The translations under genes and the position numbers were made by a program. DNA of 64,000 nucleotides, taken from assembly GCA_030390025.1 (NCBI GenBank), contig CM059431.1, forward strand, positions 111,478,001 through 111,542,000. Reading direction: 5' to 3'. Source of the stretch: Squalus acanthias. Taxonomy: Eukaryota. A model generated the notes under the pieces. The model was given only the letters and a program-made list of their open reading frames with translations. It did no database searches and was not told the origin of the DNA. This document shows positions 37,724-51,842 of the stretch, one piece after another (position 1 is the first letter of the stretch; the number at the start of each line of letters is the position of its first letter).

Positions 37724-38465
37724 GGGCCAAAAATTCATCCCGCGACGCGAGAGTACGCAGTGCGTACTCTCGCGTATTCCCACTCCAATTGCCGGTTTTC
37801 TGCATGCCCTGCGCATGCGCTGAAAACCGGCAATTGCTCTTTTGAAATGGGGGCGGTTCCTCGGTGCATCGCGTGCGCGCTACAGGCTGCGCGCACGCTG
37901 TGCACTTCATGCTTTGGACGCGCAGGTAAGTACGGAAGATTTTAGAAATGGAAAAAGGAGGAGTAAGACCCACTTTTAACAAGGTAAGTAGTGAATTAAG
38001 TATTTTTTTGAATTTTTTTTAACAGGTATATCTTTTTTAGAGACTTTAAAGACAGGTAAGTTTATTTTTATAACTTTTTAAAAGATTTTAAATTTTTTCA
38101 AAATTTAATTTTTTATTTAAAATGGTTAATTTATTTAACTATACTTATTTTATTAATGTGATGGTTTTTTTTTTAATTTAATTGAGGTTTAGCTGTTATT
38201 TTGGGGGGGTGTAAGATTCATAGATTTCACAGCACGTATGTGAAACTTATGAATGGAAGATGGTGTGCTGCCATTGGCTCTAACTGAGTCACGTGATCCC
38301 ACAGCTCGCACGAATTCACTACGCCGGTGGGATACGCAAGCCCAGCACAGCTGATGTCTGGAACATCAAGTTCGTGCGAGCTGGATCTGAAAAAGCACAA
38401 GCGGAGTGAGAGATCGCGGGGAAGCCTTACCCCCGCGGGAACAGAGCGAGATCAATTTCTGGGCC
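37724..38465 (+). mobile_element. Harbinger-type MITE, family B, copy 2, inserted in a SINE tail
   Basis: GGGCCAAAAATT/AATTTCTGGGCC with TTT TSD; collinear with 36035-36795. Confidence 0.88.
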
Positions 38466-38666
38466 TTTGTTTCTCTCTCTTTCTCTCAATATGTAAACAT
38501 CAGCCCAGTGATATTAGGCCTGCTGTCCTATCTGAGAGATTAACCATTTGTACAAAAATAACTTTGACAGTACAGATTAATAGGGGCCAACACAAAAAAC
38601 TGAATGATAAACAATAATGGTCACCTCATATTTAGTGGCAACTGCCATGACAGGATTAAAATTAAT

Positions 38667-39105
38667 TACATAAGAACATAAGAAATAGGAGCAGGAGTAG
38701 ACCATTTGGCCCCTCGAGCCTATTCCGCCATTCAATAAGATCATGGCTGATCGTCTACCTCATCTCCACCTTCCTGCACTATCTCCATATCCCTTGATTC
38801 CCTTAATATTCAAAAATCTATCAATCTCTGTCTTGAATATACTCAACAACTGAGCCTCCACAGCCCTCTGGGGTAGAGAATTCCAAAGAGTCACCTCCCT
38901 CTGTGTGAAGGAATTTCTCCTCATCTCAGTCCTAAATGGCCGACCCCTTATTCTGAGACTATGACCCCTGGTTCTAGACTCCCCAGACAGAGGAAACATC
39001 CTCCCTGCATCTACCCTGTCAAGCCCTGTAAGAATTTTGTATGTTTCAATGAGATCACTTCTCATTCTTCTAAACTCTAGAGAATATAGACCTAGTCTAC
39101 TCAAT
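38667..39105 (-). mobile_element. CR1 3' fragment
   Basis: LSRLGLYSLEFRRMRSDLIETYKIL...WNSLP plus tail. Confidence 0.88.
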
Positions 39106-39241
39106 TGACCTGGCAAAAAATATGAAAATCAGACGGTACGCTAACTGCCCAGCAGAAAATATAGCCAGGCCCTTTAACACCATGAGACACTATTATTTAG
39201 TCCTTTTACGGAAGCAATTTTATGGTTGAAGCCATTGTTAC

Positions 39242-39418
39242 CTGAAGTTTCTCCAGCAGCTCCATATTCTGTCTCTTGAGCTGACAATTTGCTCTCTCCA
39301 GTTTCTCCAGACGATCCCCATCATCACAGGGCGATGAAGCCTCCACCATCTCATCTTGCAACACGTGGTATTCCACCTCATAGGCATGGAGCTGTTTGGA
39401 AATGTCCATCTCAAATAC
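39242..39418 (-). CDS. TBC1D4: TBC1D4 coding exon (177 bp)
   Basis: [59 protein letters not shown]. Acceptor TGTAG|GTA, donor CAG|GTAACA. Confidence 0.95.
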
Positions 39419-40077
39419 CTACAACACACCCAGAAACGATTCACTGAAAACAGCGATTAAAGGAGTTTCTGTTTTAGAATTACAGTTAGAGAAGCTCGTT
39501 CTGCCTCTATTTACTCATGTGCTCCAATTGTGGTCTAGTCACGGGCAGGGAACAGTATTTGTTTGAATGACTTGTCTATTCAGTGGTGGGAAACATAGCC
39601 GAGGTTCTTGCTGCCGAGTTGTGATCACCAAGAGGGATGGGTGAAGTGTTTAATAGGAAAAGGTTTTAGGGCGGGGCCAAAGGTAATATGGAAGGGGTCA
39701 ATTATCATACAGGCAGCAGCAAAGATTATACAGGACTGTGGGTGAATACTACTATCACCCCCATGTTCAAATTTGTCTACAATCCTTCTGCCCATTTACA
39801 AATGTTATCCAACTGACAAAAGTGTCCGTCCTATCACTGAACACAGAGGGGTACTAATAGCAGCCATGTATATCCCACCTACCCGCCTAGCTATAGCAAC
39901 TAGCAGAGGGTCAAGCTGAAATGGAAAAACACACATGCATCATAAACTAGAAGTAACAAAAGGCTGAGAATTGCAACAAGACATAGAGAAAGACAAAGAA
40001 GATGAGAGTGAGAGTGAAGAGAGGATTAGTGAATGCTGCTGTAAAGCCCATTATAAAGGTCATAAGACATGCAACAC

Positions 40078-40540
40078 TGTAACAACTTGCATTTATATAG
40101 TGCCTTCAACGTAGTAAAACGTGCCGAGGCGTTTCACAGGAGGGTTATCAAACAAAATTTGACACAAACTCCCTAAGGAGATATTAGGATAGATGACTAA
40201 AAGCTTGGTCAAAGAGGTAGGTTTTAAGGACCGTCTTAAAGGAGAAGAAAGAGGGAGAGAGGCGGAGAGGCTTAAGGAGGGAATTCCACAGCTTAGGGCC
40301 TAGGCGGCTGAAGGTTTAGTGGTGGAGCGATAAAATCGGGGATGCGCAAGAAGTCAGAATCGGAGGGGCACCAAGATATCGGAGAGTTCATAGAATCATA
40401 GAATGATACCATTCGGCCCATCGTGCCTGTGCCGGTTGTAGGAGGTCACAGAGATAGGGAGGGGCGAGGCCATGGAGGGATTTGAAAACAAGGGTGAGAA
40501 TTTTAAAATCGAGGCACTGCCGGACAAGCAGCCAATGTAG
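40078..40540 (-). mobile_element. L2-like LINE 3' fragment
   Basis: AACAACTTGCATTTATATAG terminus; collinear with 7212-7717. Confidence 0.75.
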
Positions 40541-41948
40541 TTATGTATTGAAAGCAGATTGGAGCTGGAATAAGCATCTCAAACAGCCTTTATTAAGCAC
40601 TTTGGAGCCAACCATACAGGCAGATAATGCATGAATGGATGGGACAATACTGAAATGCATATGGATGCTTCTGTATCCCATACAGGATATGAATACAGGC
40701 TGTGCTGGTATGACATTTCTGGGATATTGGGTCACTCAAACCCTGATAATTTACGCTTCCTGCTTCCTTGCTAAATTATCTAAAACTTTCTTCATTATGG
40801 TAGCTTAGGGTAAATGAAACATCTTTTACACGCAACGATTGATGTTAGTTTGTGTTGAATTATTTCATTAATAGAACACAGTTCGATGTGTTCGCTCACA
40901 TTCTGTACCACTGACAATCATGTCCCTTGGGCTGGGTTGACAGTCAGGACCTTCTGTGAGCCATCAGGACCATGTGTTAAACAACCTGCTCAAACACCAG
41001 CCACTTACAAAAGTGTTATAACAGTACAGAATCCTGAATGGAAGTGTTTTTAAGATGTTAGCTATTAGGTTGGACAAATATATGGGGGGGGGGGGGAAAG
41101 ATCACTTAAGTGTAGCACAACTGTGCTACATAAATGTGCTGTATAAAGCTGCACTTGATATGTATTAAACAAGCAATAAAACATACTGAATAAAGTACTG
41201 ACCACTGTTGAGGGCTACTGTGCTAACAGCATTACTTAGAAGTGATCAACAGTGTCATAAACCTTAGTCTCTTTCTGTAACTTGAGGTCAAATACTTCAA
41301 GACTAGTCTGTAAATTACAAGTAACATTAGCTTTACTGCTCCTTTGGACTAATACATAACTATTAACGGCCTTCTATTATCCCACAGGCTGATTTATGGA
41401 ACAGCACACAAGAGGCCAGGCTTACTTATGACCACAGTGTCTTTGTAATATCAGAGGCAGGCACTGAGATGATAAAACACTAAATCACTGAGTACTGTAT
41501 AGGAAAGGTATTCAGTTTAAAACTAGTACCCCACATGGAAACATTTTATTGGTTTAAAAAAATGCAAAAATACTTTATTTTCATATTTCCATAAACTTGG
41601 TATTCTATTTCCTCTAAAGTAAATGACTCTAAGGTTCAATCTGAAAATCATTGATTAGTAATTCATTTTTAAATGACCAATAAAATACAAGTAATGGAAC
41701 TAAAGAAGATAAAAAGAACATTTTAATTCATTTTTTTGTGGGGGCAGTTGCAAACTGTGACTTGCATAAAACAGGTTAATAGAAAATTAAGATCACATTC
41801 ATGGAGATATTTGTACTATCATCGGACTAGCTATGAGATATCCTTTATACGTGTCTGACCCGCTTTAAAAACTTTAGAAAGGCCTCAACAATGCAAGTGC
41901 TGGCAATGACATCTGCAGGTTTACAGTGCTAAACGATGATGTTAGTAC

Positions 41949-42118
41949 CTGAACAATAGTTTTCTCCATTTGCGTGTGACTCAGATTTGGAATGGTGGAC
42001 TTTATGAAATCTACAATGCTCTCGAAGCTGTCACACTGCAGAATTAATGTCTCGTGACTGCTCAGTAGGCTGAGAGCCACCTTAAATATCACGTCAGTCC
42101 CTTGGAGAAACATTATAT
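41949..42118 (-). CDS. TBC1D4: TBC1D4 coding exon (170 bp)
   Basis: (D)[56 protein letters not shown]. The split codon G|AT = Asp fits the previous exon. Acceptor AACAG|AT, donor CAG|GTACTA. Confidence 0.95.
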
Positions 42119-43328
42119 CTGTTTTTTGGAAAAGGAAAGAGAATACAGACCCACAGTCTTCATGTTAGTCAGAACATTTCATACGAACAAACACTTTCAA
42201 GCCAAAATTCTTATCTATTCATCGGTAAGTGGAAAGTTGTTTTTTTTTAAAAAATCAGTACTAGGTTGTTTGGTCTTTGAAATACTTCAATACTGTATGA
42301 TGTTTTTTTGACATCTTAGGACCCCAGACAGGCCAGCTCCCCCAAGGAGGTCCCATAGGAGCCATTTACTAAAGCAGCTTACCTGTGAAAACATGCAAGC
42401 TGCACAGCTGTGATGACTTGCCAACAGTATTATTCATCAGCACTGTCAAGAACTACAATCGAGAATACTGCGTTGCTCAAGGGCTGTTCTTAAGAATCCT
42501 CCAACACTATCCCACAGAGTGGTCAGCTGTAGGCCTGTGCTCATAATTCCCCACGTGGTGAATTCTTGCTTGGTAATCTGCTACCTTGGGCAGTTGCCAA
42601 GAGGAGGTCGGACACATTCCCACAGTTCCCAAAATGCATTGAGGTCTCTGGGTTTATCTTAAATACGTGCACAGCTCATTAGCAGTACAAATACGCCAGA
42701 GCTCTTTGTATACGGTGAACCCCACCGTATAACTGCAACTAAACAGCATATGTTAGCCACTCTCGGGCAGAGGAGTTTCTGTTACCATGGTTACCGCTAT
42801 CCTGTTCTGATTTCCTCCCTCAAGTGAGAGGCACCTCCTCTACGGCACAGCTGCAAATGAGCAATGCAGGACTGACTAAAAACTGCAATGAAGTGTACAC
42901 CTTGGCTTTGAGCATTCCATTTATTCCTCAAGAATAGTATCAAATTAAATCAGATACTGAAATTAAATTGGATTGGAATTTTTTTTTAAAAATTTTACCC
43001 CCTCCCTCTTCTGTGCTTGCTGAGGTGAGAGAGATAAGTGTCAGGAAATGGGAACAGCTTCCAGGTTAGGCTCCCACTATCAGATTTGGTGCTGTGAGGT
43101 CACGTGTAGCACAGGCTGAGACTGAGTGAAAACACCCAGCAATTGTACTGAAATGCAATCCTCAGACACGTTCAAGTGCGTCCTAACTGTGTGTGGAAGT
43201 TTTTAAGCAAACTTAGTTTTCGAATACTCTGTCACAGTAATGTGACTAAGCCACAACCTCAGACGGACGACTGCAACAACAGACATTTTTCTTTCTCACA
43301 CCAACCTGTAATGGGACTATACATAGGT

Positions 43329-43742
43329 GTCAGCCAGTGGCTCAGTGGGTAGCACGCTCGCCGCTGGGTCAGAAGGTTGTGGGTTCAAGTCCCACTCCAG
43401 GGACTTGTGCACACAATCTAGGCTGACACTCCCAGTGCAGTGCTGAGCGGGTGCCGTCTTTCGGATGAAACGCTAAACAAATCTGCTGTCTCCGGAGGAC
43501 ATAAAAGATCCCACGGCACTATTCGAAGAAGAGCAGGGGAGTTCTCCCAGTATCCTGACCAATATTTATCCTTCAACTAACATCTCTATAACAGATTATC
43601 TGGTCGTTATCACATTGCTGTTTGTGGGATCTTGCTGCCCTGTTTCTTACATGACAACACTTCAATAGTACCATTGGCTGTAAAGCGCTTTGGGATGTCC
43701 CGAGGTCGTGAAAGGTGCGACAGCAACGCAAGTTCTTTCTTT
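43329..43742 (+). mobile_element. tRNA-derived SINE (SacSINE1/DeuSINE-like)
   Basis: A/B boxes and the same body as 37279. Confidence 0.85.
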
Positions 43743-44189
43743 ACCAACTTATACTAGGTCATGAGCAGTTTAGGGTTGAGGACCCCCAACCATTAGGAAG
43801 TTTGTTGAAACTGCCTGAACTCATTTTGCATAGGACCCTTAGAACCATAGGATAAAGGAGACTTTCATCCTTCAGTCTGGGCTGGATTTAAACCCAGGTC
43901 CCAGGAGAAAGAAGAGTGTTTAACCCACTAAATCACCCATTTTACTTTCAATTGAGACTATTCCAAGTGCAAAAGATGCCTTAATACTTCCAATACCTTT
44001 AAATGACCCAACTTCCATGTATCTGTAGATGTTATTTGCTATTTTGCAAAATGTGTCATTGGGGCTAAGTTGGAAATGAAGGGCAGGTAATTTATATATT
44101 TTAATACATGCCATATATTTTAACAGACTGTCATATGGCTAGGTTCAATTTTGACTCGATGACTCACTAGAATTTGAACAGTGTCTATA

Positions 44190-44765
44190 TGTGCTATACA
44201 AAGCTCTGGTTAGACTACACCTGGAGTACTGTGAGCAGTTCTGGGCACCACATCTTAGGAAGGATATATTGGCCTTGGAGGGAGTGCAGCGTGGATTTAC
44301 GAGAATGATACCTGGACTCCAAGGTTTAAATTACGAGGAGAGATTACACGAACTAGGGCTATATTCCCTGGAATTTAGAAGGTTAATGGGTGATTTGATT
44401 GAAGTTTTCAAGATATTAAGGGGAACAGATAGGGTACATGGAGAAAACCTATTCCTGCTGGTTGGGGAGTCTAGGACTAGGGGCCATAGTCTAAAAATTA
44501 GAGCCAGATCTTTCAGGAGCAAAGTTAGGAAACACTTCTACACACAAAGGGTGGTAGAAGTTTGGAACTCTCTTCTGCAAACAGCAATTGATGCTAGATC
44601 AATTGTTAATTTTAAATCTGGGATTGATAGATTTTTGTTAACCAAAGGTATTAAAGGATATGGGGCAAAGGCGGGTATGTGGAGTTAGGTCACAGATCAG
44701 TCATGATCTCAATGAATTGCGGAACAGGCTCGAGGGGCTGAATAGCCTACACCTGTTCCTATGTC
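44190..44765 (+). mobile_element. CR1 3' fragment
   Basis: 165-aa ORF LYKALVRLHLEYC...WNSL plus tail. Confidence 0.88.
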
Positions 44766-45825
44766 GACTTACTGCTCAATACCAATGTGGGTGAGGAGGT
44801 CACTTTAATTCCCACCTGACCTACTGATGTTAAAATATATTCATTTTCTTGTAATGTTTACATTGCTAATAAGTCATCTAAAATACCCCTATGTTGAATT
44901 GTTAAAATGTATTGAATTTGGAGCTTTGACTGAGGTAGTGCAAAGATTGGGCACAGGCACGATGGGCCGAATGGCCTCCTTCTATGCTGTATCATTCTAT
45001 GATTGTGGTGATCAAAGGGAAGAATCCCAGTCCATGCTGCTGAATAACTGATCTAACTAAGAGATCAATAAATAATTCCAACAATCCGTAAACTCATTTT
45101 ATTATATTGAAAACCAATAGATAGGCTAATAGCATTTGGAAAGAACGACTCTCGTTGAAAAGGTCACTGAACAAAATAATAAACATATCACAGGTAAGAC
45201 AATCAGTGCTGGAATTGGCTATCACATCATTGCAAATTGACTGGTTGAAGCCTGTAAGCAGCTCCTAATCATCTATCCTGGGGTGGTTTGAAGTATGGGA
45301 AATCTTTAGGAAGGGAAAGGGGTGAAGTTTCACCATTTGTATGTTTAACCAGTTTTCATTGTGGTATCTGCTGTGTCGTACACAGGGCTCAGATCCATCT
45401 GCTGCGCAGTTACAAGCGGGATAGTTACAAACTGTGCTGATGAAATGTCCCACAGGACATGATTGTTCCTATGCTGCAGCAGGCCAAGGAATGGGAAGGG
45501 GAAAGGAACATGTTTTCCATGGGATCCAGCTAGGTGGGGTAGAACAGTGGAGATGTGAGGAAGGTCACAAATTCCGAGATTTTGCGTGATTACCTTTGGG
45601 AATGAGGGCACTTACATGGAATTTTCCTTCGGGAGATTAAGTAGGTGTCGTGGAGTCCATGCTAAGAGAGAGGGTCTCAGCAAAAGTGAGCTTGATGGGC
45701 TAAATAGTCTTTTCTTGATCCAAGCCTGCTTGTGTTCAAGGAAAACGTTACCCAAACTCCCAATTGGCAGGAAATGCTTGTTCTACGTCAGCTATGACAT
45801 TCTGAATAGGAAGACCATCACTTAC

Positions 45826-45985
45826 CGAAGACCCTGGCTACGAATCCCAATGGGAACTGGGAGGCGAAAAAGGTGAGGAACCAGGGGGCTGCGTAGAGGC
45901 TGGGGCTGACCTCATTGTCCTCTAGGTGGTTGTACAGATCCCGGTGGTAGTCGTGCAGAAGTCTTGACAGCTGGTACATCTGAAT
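45826..45985 (-). CDS. TBC1D4: TBC1D4 coding exon (160 bp)
   Basis: [53 protein letters not shown] plus 1 nt. Acceptor GGCAG|ATT, donor G|GTAAGT. Phase continues from the previous exon. Confidence 0.95.
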
Positions 45986-48792
45986 CTGCCCAAAGGACAA
46001 AGTGTTTTCAGTACGTTTTCAGCAGGCAGCATACACATCTTCCTGCCATTCTGTGCTGAGCGGATTCACGAGCTCACCGATCTAAACACACACACACATA
46101 ATGTCAACTAAAATACCTCCCGGCTGGTATTTGTGTAAGCTTACCCTGTATTTATATATACATATGATTTAAAAGTTTAAACTTTGAGAATATTACTGGT
46201 CAACCACCAAAGAGATTAGAGTAGCTGAAATGTTAACACTGACTAACATGAGCCAGTGGACTAATAATTGCACTGATCACTCTCTAAAATGTATTCCATA
46301 AATTTTCACTGCCGCCTCTGCTTGCAGTAGTTTACGTTTTTGTTAAGGGTACAAGATCGCAACTCTCCCAAAGGCTCAGTGGGTTAGCGGATCTCACCCT
46401 GGCCAGCGCTACAATAGCCTCAGTGCCCCCTGGGTCAGAGAACGGAAAAACACAACCAAGATTCCCATTGGCCGAACAGTATCCAGTGACCTTTGCTGGA
46501 AATGCACGAGAGCAGTATTGGGCTTGGCTCCGGCCTCATCCCCCCCCCCAGAACCCCGACTGCGGAGAATAGCCTGCCCACACTCAAAGGTCAAGGCTCC
46601 AAACAGGAAGAACAACCACTCTGCTGGGGTACTGGAGAACAACCTCTGCCAATGGCAACTCTACGCCAGGAACACGTCAACAACTTCAGGAGGGAGGGAC
46701 ACAAATTGGTGAGGAGAAAAAACTGACGGTAAACAGATGTGCAGGGTGAAGACCCACAGTGTAGGATATGATATAAATGGATTAAGTAAGAGAGGGATCA
46801 TTATGCTAATGAATCAATTTCTTTTGTTAAAAAAAGTTATTTGAAAATGCCTTTGAATTTAAAAGTTTTTTTTAATAGAATAGAACATCTAATATAGGAC
46901 ATAAGTTCAAATGGTTGTAACGTGTAGAAGAGAAAATAAAGTAAGTCAGGGAGTGGTGCTTAGAGAGTGCCAAGTTTGGGTTTAAAAAGCCTGAAGATTG
47001 TGGGAGGAAGGGAAGGCTGAGAGGGCACAGCACTCCCACACTTTCGACGTCCTGGGAATGAACGATGAGCCTTGATTTCAGCAGCATGGTGATGTACAGA
47101 GCAGAAGAGCCTGTGGAACAGCAGCAATGTTCAGAGAAGCGCTGACCACAGTGATATTAATATAATGGGAGTATTAATAGGACAGAGACTGTCAAGAGAT
47201 TGAAATCAGAGTTAGGATCATTCACCATAATGCTTGCCTCATCTGTACGTCCCTCATCTGGTCCCGAGTTGTATTAATCGTTACCATCTTTATGGGTTTA
47301 TCAAGTGTGCAGTGAAAGACTGTGTGGAGAGTGCATGTGTCAGAATTCACAGCATTGTAATGACTCATCAGTGATGCACGCCTAAATGTTGTTCTGTTTT
47401 GTTGAATTCTCATATATTCCCTCTGAAGTTAAAATGGCCAAAAAAGAAAGGTGGTTTAAACCACTAAATGAGAGGGCGGGCCCACTGGGCAGGATCTGTG
47501 CGGCCCTGTACGCTTGTCTTTTATCCCCTTTCAATACATTCCCTCTGTGGCACTGAGCGTAAATGAGATACGAGAGAGAGGTAGGACAAACACAGGGCAG
47601 CTAAACTCTCTTGTTTTTTTGGATTAATACCCAAGGTTAGGGTTAGGGTTAGTGCTTTCATATTTTTTTTTTAATAGTCATTTTTATTGAGGTTTTCTAG
47701 CTGGTCAGATGTTTGGAGAGAAATCCAACCATATATCATCGTTTAACATGTAAACCTTCTCTTGGCCACAATAAAAATTGTTCCAAGGCAGGAGGTGACT
47801 GTGAAGTCCTGAGGCTGTTCTGTCAAACCTCTTGAACCTTCCATTCTTTGTTTTTAAACACTAGATGATTTATGGTAGGTCAGAACAAATAAACACCTCT
47901 GGTATCATGTTCCTAATCTTACCATATGGATTTAAAAAAAAATCATTATTCTAATGTCTAAAAGTCAATTTTTTTCATTCAGAATCGGAAAAGTTTGAAT
48001 GTAAAAGGATCTGCTGAGCTCTTTTGAATTAAATGGGTATAAATGGAACACCTCCTACATTAAAATTTGCCTGAATTTTTACCCTTCTTTTTTTAGTGCC
48101 CACCATCTTTGAAATCTTGTCTTAAGTCAGACTCCGAACACTGAAGGAACAATTATGCTCTATTACAATGGCATTAACTATTGCAACTTTAAACAGAATT
48201 ATTCTCAACCCAAAGGGTCCCACAGTGCAGCTGAAATTATTCAAAAGTACAGTGCTGGATTTATTTTTTGCCCAGTATAGGTGCAATAAATAGTGAAGAC
48301 ACAAAATATTATAATAAAGTACTCCCCCCCCCCGCACCACCACCTACATACTGTAGTTCAAGCAAAAACATTCAGCCGCATGTACACCACCAAGAAAGAT
48401 CTGCCGTATTGGGTCTCTTCTCAAATCCTGAGTCACTTTGGTGATGTGGTTTATGGAGGCTACCTAGACGTACTCCAGTGTGATTCCATTCATTTCTGTA
48501 TGAGTCCAGACATTGGACTGATCTGCACACCGGCTGGTAATGAACGGAAGAGGAAAAAAAAGCAAATGGTGGGAAGAAGAAGCAGCTGTAGGGACAACCA
48601 GATTTAGCACGTCAGCATACAAGGGGAAGCTGGATAAGCACAAGGGAGAAAGGAATAGAAGGATATGCAGATAGGGTCAGATGAAGAGGGTTGGAAAGAG
48701 GCTTGTGTGGAGCATAAACGCTGACATTGTCCAGTTAGGCCGAATGGCCTCTTTCTTTGCTGTAAATGCTGTGCAACGTTTCCCGACCCTGT

Positions 48793-49685
48793 ACATACGA
48801 ACATACGAATTAGGAGCAGGAGTAGGCCACTCGGCCCTTCGAGCCTGCTCCGCCATTCAATAAGATCATGGCTGATCTGATTACTCCACATTCCCGCCTA
48901 CCCCCGATAACCTTTCACCCCCTTGCTTACCAAGAATCTATCTACCTCTGCCTTAAAAATATTCAAAGACTCTGCTTCCACCGCCCTCTGAGGAAGAGAG
49001 TTCCAAAGACTCACGACCCTCTGTGAGAAAAAATTTCTCCTCATCTCTGTCTTAAATGGGCGACCCCTTATTTTTAAACAGTGACCCCTAGTTCTAGATT
49101 CTCCCACAAGAGGAAACATCCTCTTCACATCCACCCTGTCCAGACCCCTCAGGGTCTTATATGTTTCAATCAAGTCACCTCTTATTCTTCTAAACTCCAG
49201 CGGATACAAGTCTAGCCTGTCCAACCTTTCCTCATAAGACAACCCGCCCATTCCAGGTATCAGTTTAGTAAACCTTCTCTGAACTGCTTCCAACGCATTT
49301 GCATCCTTCCTTAAATAAGGAGACCAATACTGTGCACAGTACTCCAGATGTGGTCTCACCAATGCCCTGTATAACTGAAGCATAGCCTCCCTACTTTTGT
49401 ATTCAATTCCCCTCGCAATAAACGATAACATTCTATTAGCTTTCCTAATTACTTGCTGTACCTGCATAGTAACCTTTTGTGATTCATGCACTAGGACACC
49501 CAGATCCCTCTGCATCTCAGAGCTCTGCAATCTCTCACCATTTAGATAATATGCTTCTTTTTTATTCTTCCTGCCAAAATGGACAACTTCACATTTTCCC
49601 ACATTATACTCCATTTGCCAGATCTTTGCCCACTCACTTATCTATATCCCTTTGTAGCCTCCTTATGTCCTCTTCACAATTTACC
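48793..49685 (-). mobile_element. CR1 LINE 3' fragment
   Basis: 238-aa open ORF2 C-terminus (48898-49614) plus 3' tail. Confidence 0.92.
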
Positions 49686-51184
49686 ATTATAGCACGCACC
49701 CTATCCTTGTACCAAACATTGCTGGAATGGTTAAGGACATGAGTGGGAGCCCACAATGACAGGTTTCTGTGGGGCGTGACACACTTTGCTTATATAGTAT
49801 CTAGCCGGTGACATGTAACAGACTGGGGCTGTACCCAAGTATTGGAGGGAAACCCAATGTTGTATTGATATCCAAAAAAGGGTGTGAGACAAGGGCCAAG
49901 AAATTACGGACCTGTTAAGATTAACATTCGCAGTGGGCAAGAGGCTTGACAGCATTATGCAGGATGTTCATCTATTTGGTGCGGAGGCCATTAGTAAAGC
50001 AAGCGTTTTTAGTGTATCGAAAACTGCCAAAAAAACAAGGGTCAATTGTGGAGAAATGGCTTTAGTCATGGAGCACTGCAGAGGATACTTTTCTTGCAGT
50101 CTCACTCAGTTTTTCGCTTCACCTGAACTTTAATTTTAATAAGCAGTTCTACACCTCTCGTAAAGGAATATTTCAGCTGGTTGTACAGTAGCAAATGCTC
50201 AACTCACCAGCCCTGTTTCAAATCAGAGGGTCAATTAAAGTGATGGTAAATGAGCACTGGTAAAGCACAAACATTGGACATGTTTTACGTGGATTTTCAT
50301 CTAGAAACAGATGGTAAAAATAATGACAGCAGAATTAAGGGAAAGGCAGCCACACAGAGGTTAAAGGGCAGAAAGCAAAGGGTACATGGCGAGTGGTGTT
50401 CCAAAAGGGTTTACATGCAGGCTGCTGTTATTTACTATGTATGACCAGGCCTTAAGAATTGAAAGAACGGTATCAAAATTTGCTGATTACACTAAATCAG
50501 GTAGGGGGAATGGTGGGAATAACGAATTCTGACAAGGACTGTGAAAGACTGCAGGTGGACATAGACAAGCTACTAGGATGGGCAGTTAGGTGGCAGATGC
50601 AGTCCACTGTAGAGAAATGTGAAGTATATTTTTGAAGTAAAAATATACCTTAAATGGTAAGACTGAAAATGGAGGCGAGGAGCAGGGTGACCCTGGTATG
50701 TAGATACAGAGGTTATTAAAGGTGACAGCATAAATAGATAAGGCAATAAAAATGGCATCCACAGAATACAAAGGCAAGGAGATAAATTGAAGGCGAACAA
50801 AACCTTAGGTCGCAGGTGCAGTACTGTGTACAGTTTTGGGCATCCCATTACAGAAAGGATATAAAAGCAGTGTAAAAGGTGCGGTACAGATTCACTGTTA
50901 TGTTAATAAGGATGAGGGGTCCCAGTTATGAAGAAAGCTTTGAGAGCTTTGGTCTTTTTCCACTGAAGCTGAAAAGGTTAAGAAACGGCCAGATAGAGGT
51001 CCTCAATATTACGAAGGGTTATGATAAGGTAAATGGTGATAGACTGTTTACATTGGTTGGTGAGATGGTAACGAGTGAGCAGAAAGTTAAGATGCGATCA
51101 GGTTAGAAAAAAATCTCATGTGAAGCTTCTTCACATAAGATGTGGTTAGAATGTGGAATTTACTGCTGTTGATGGAGAGGCCAT

Positions 51185-51842
51185 GGGGGCTAAATTCGGT
51201 TGATTTGCGCCTCCCATTAGTGCCCTAAGAGGGTGCTAACGGGTCGCAAATCAACTAGCGCCTGGGCGCGGTGCCACTAACGTCTCCCGCGAAATTCAGT
51301 GGGAGCTTAGCGGCGGCGATGACATCATCGCCGTGTGCAGCGCCCCGGCTGTAATATTGGGTGGTGCCCCCCGACTTACCACCGGACGCTATGTCCACCG
51401 GGGTCAGGGGGGCCTACCTGCGGCTGGGGCGGCACTAGTTAAAGGGGAGGTGGCGGGCGGCCATTTTTGTTGCTGGCTGCCTGCCAGCACCTGCTCCCGT
51501 TGCTGCCCACCCCCCCCCCCCCCCGCCCCGCTGGGTGCCGGCTGCTCTCCGTGAGCCCGGCACTCCTCTCGAGTGCCGGGCTCGTTTCCCGGCACTCCTG
51601 AGCCCTGGTGGCCCAGCTGGGTGCCGGAACGCGCTGCGCCAGGCCCCTCCCCTTTAATAAGGGAAGGCATGCAGTACCGCGGCGTGATGAGCCGCAACGC
51701 ATGGCACTGCGGCACGTTACGCCACGATATTGGCTCGCAGCGCCCCAAGAGGGACGCAGGGCACTTCCAGTAGCACCCCGCCTCCCTCTCGGGGCGCTAC
51801 CTGGGAAAATCAGCCGCGTGGGCGCTACCCAATTTTTACACC
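51185..51842 (+). mobile_element. Family A MITE inserted into an old CR1 copy
   Basis: Similar to 2259-3031. Ends GGGGGCTAAATT/AATTTTTACACC with flanks CAT/TAT; CR1-like sequence continues on both sides. Confidence 0.82.

Noticed and set aside
46372..46725. Possible third SINE family (similar reversed sequence ~35450-35680)
   Set aside because: The resemblance is partial and degraded; boundaries and identity are not supportable by eye.
47635..47652. Interstitial telomeric repeat GGTTAGGGTTAGGGTTAG
   Set aside because: Only three units, too short to interpret.
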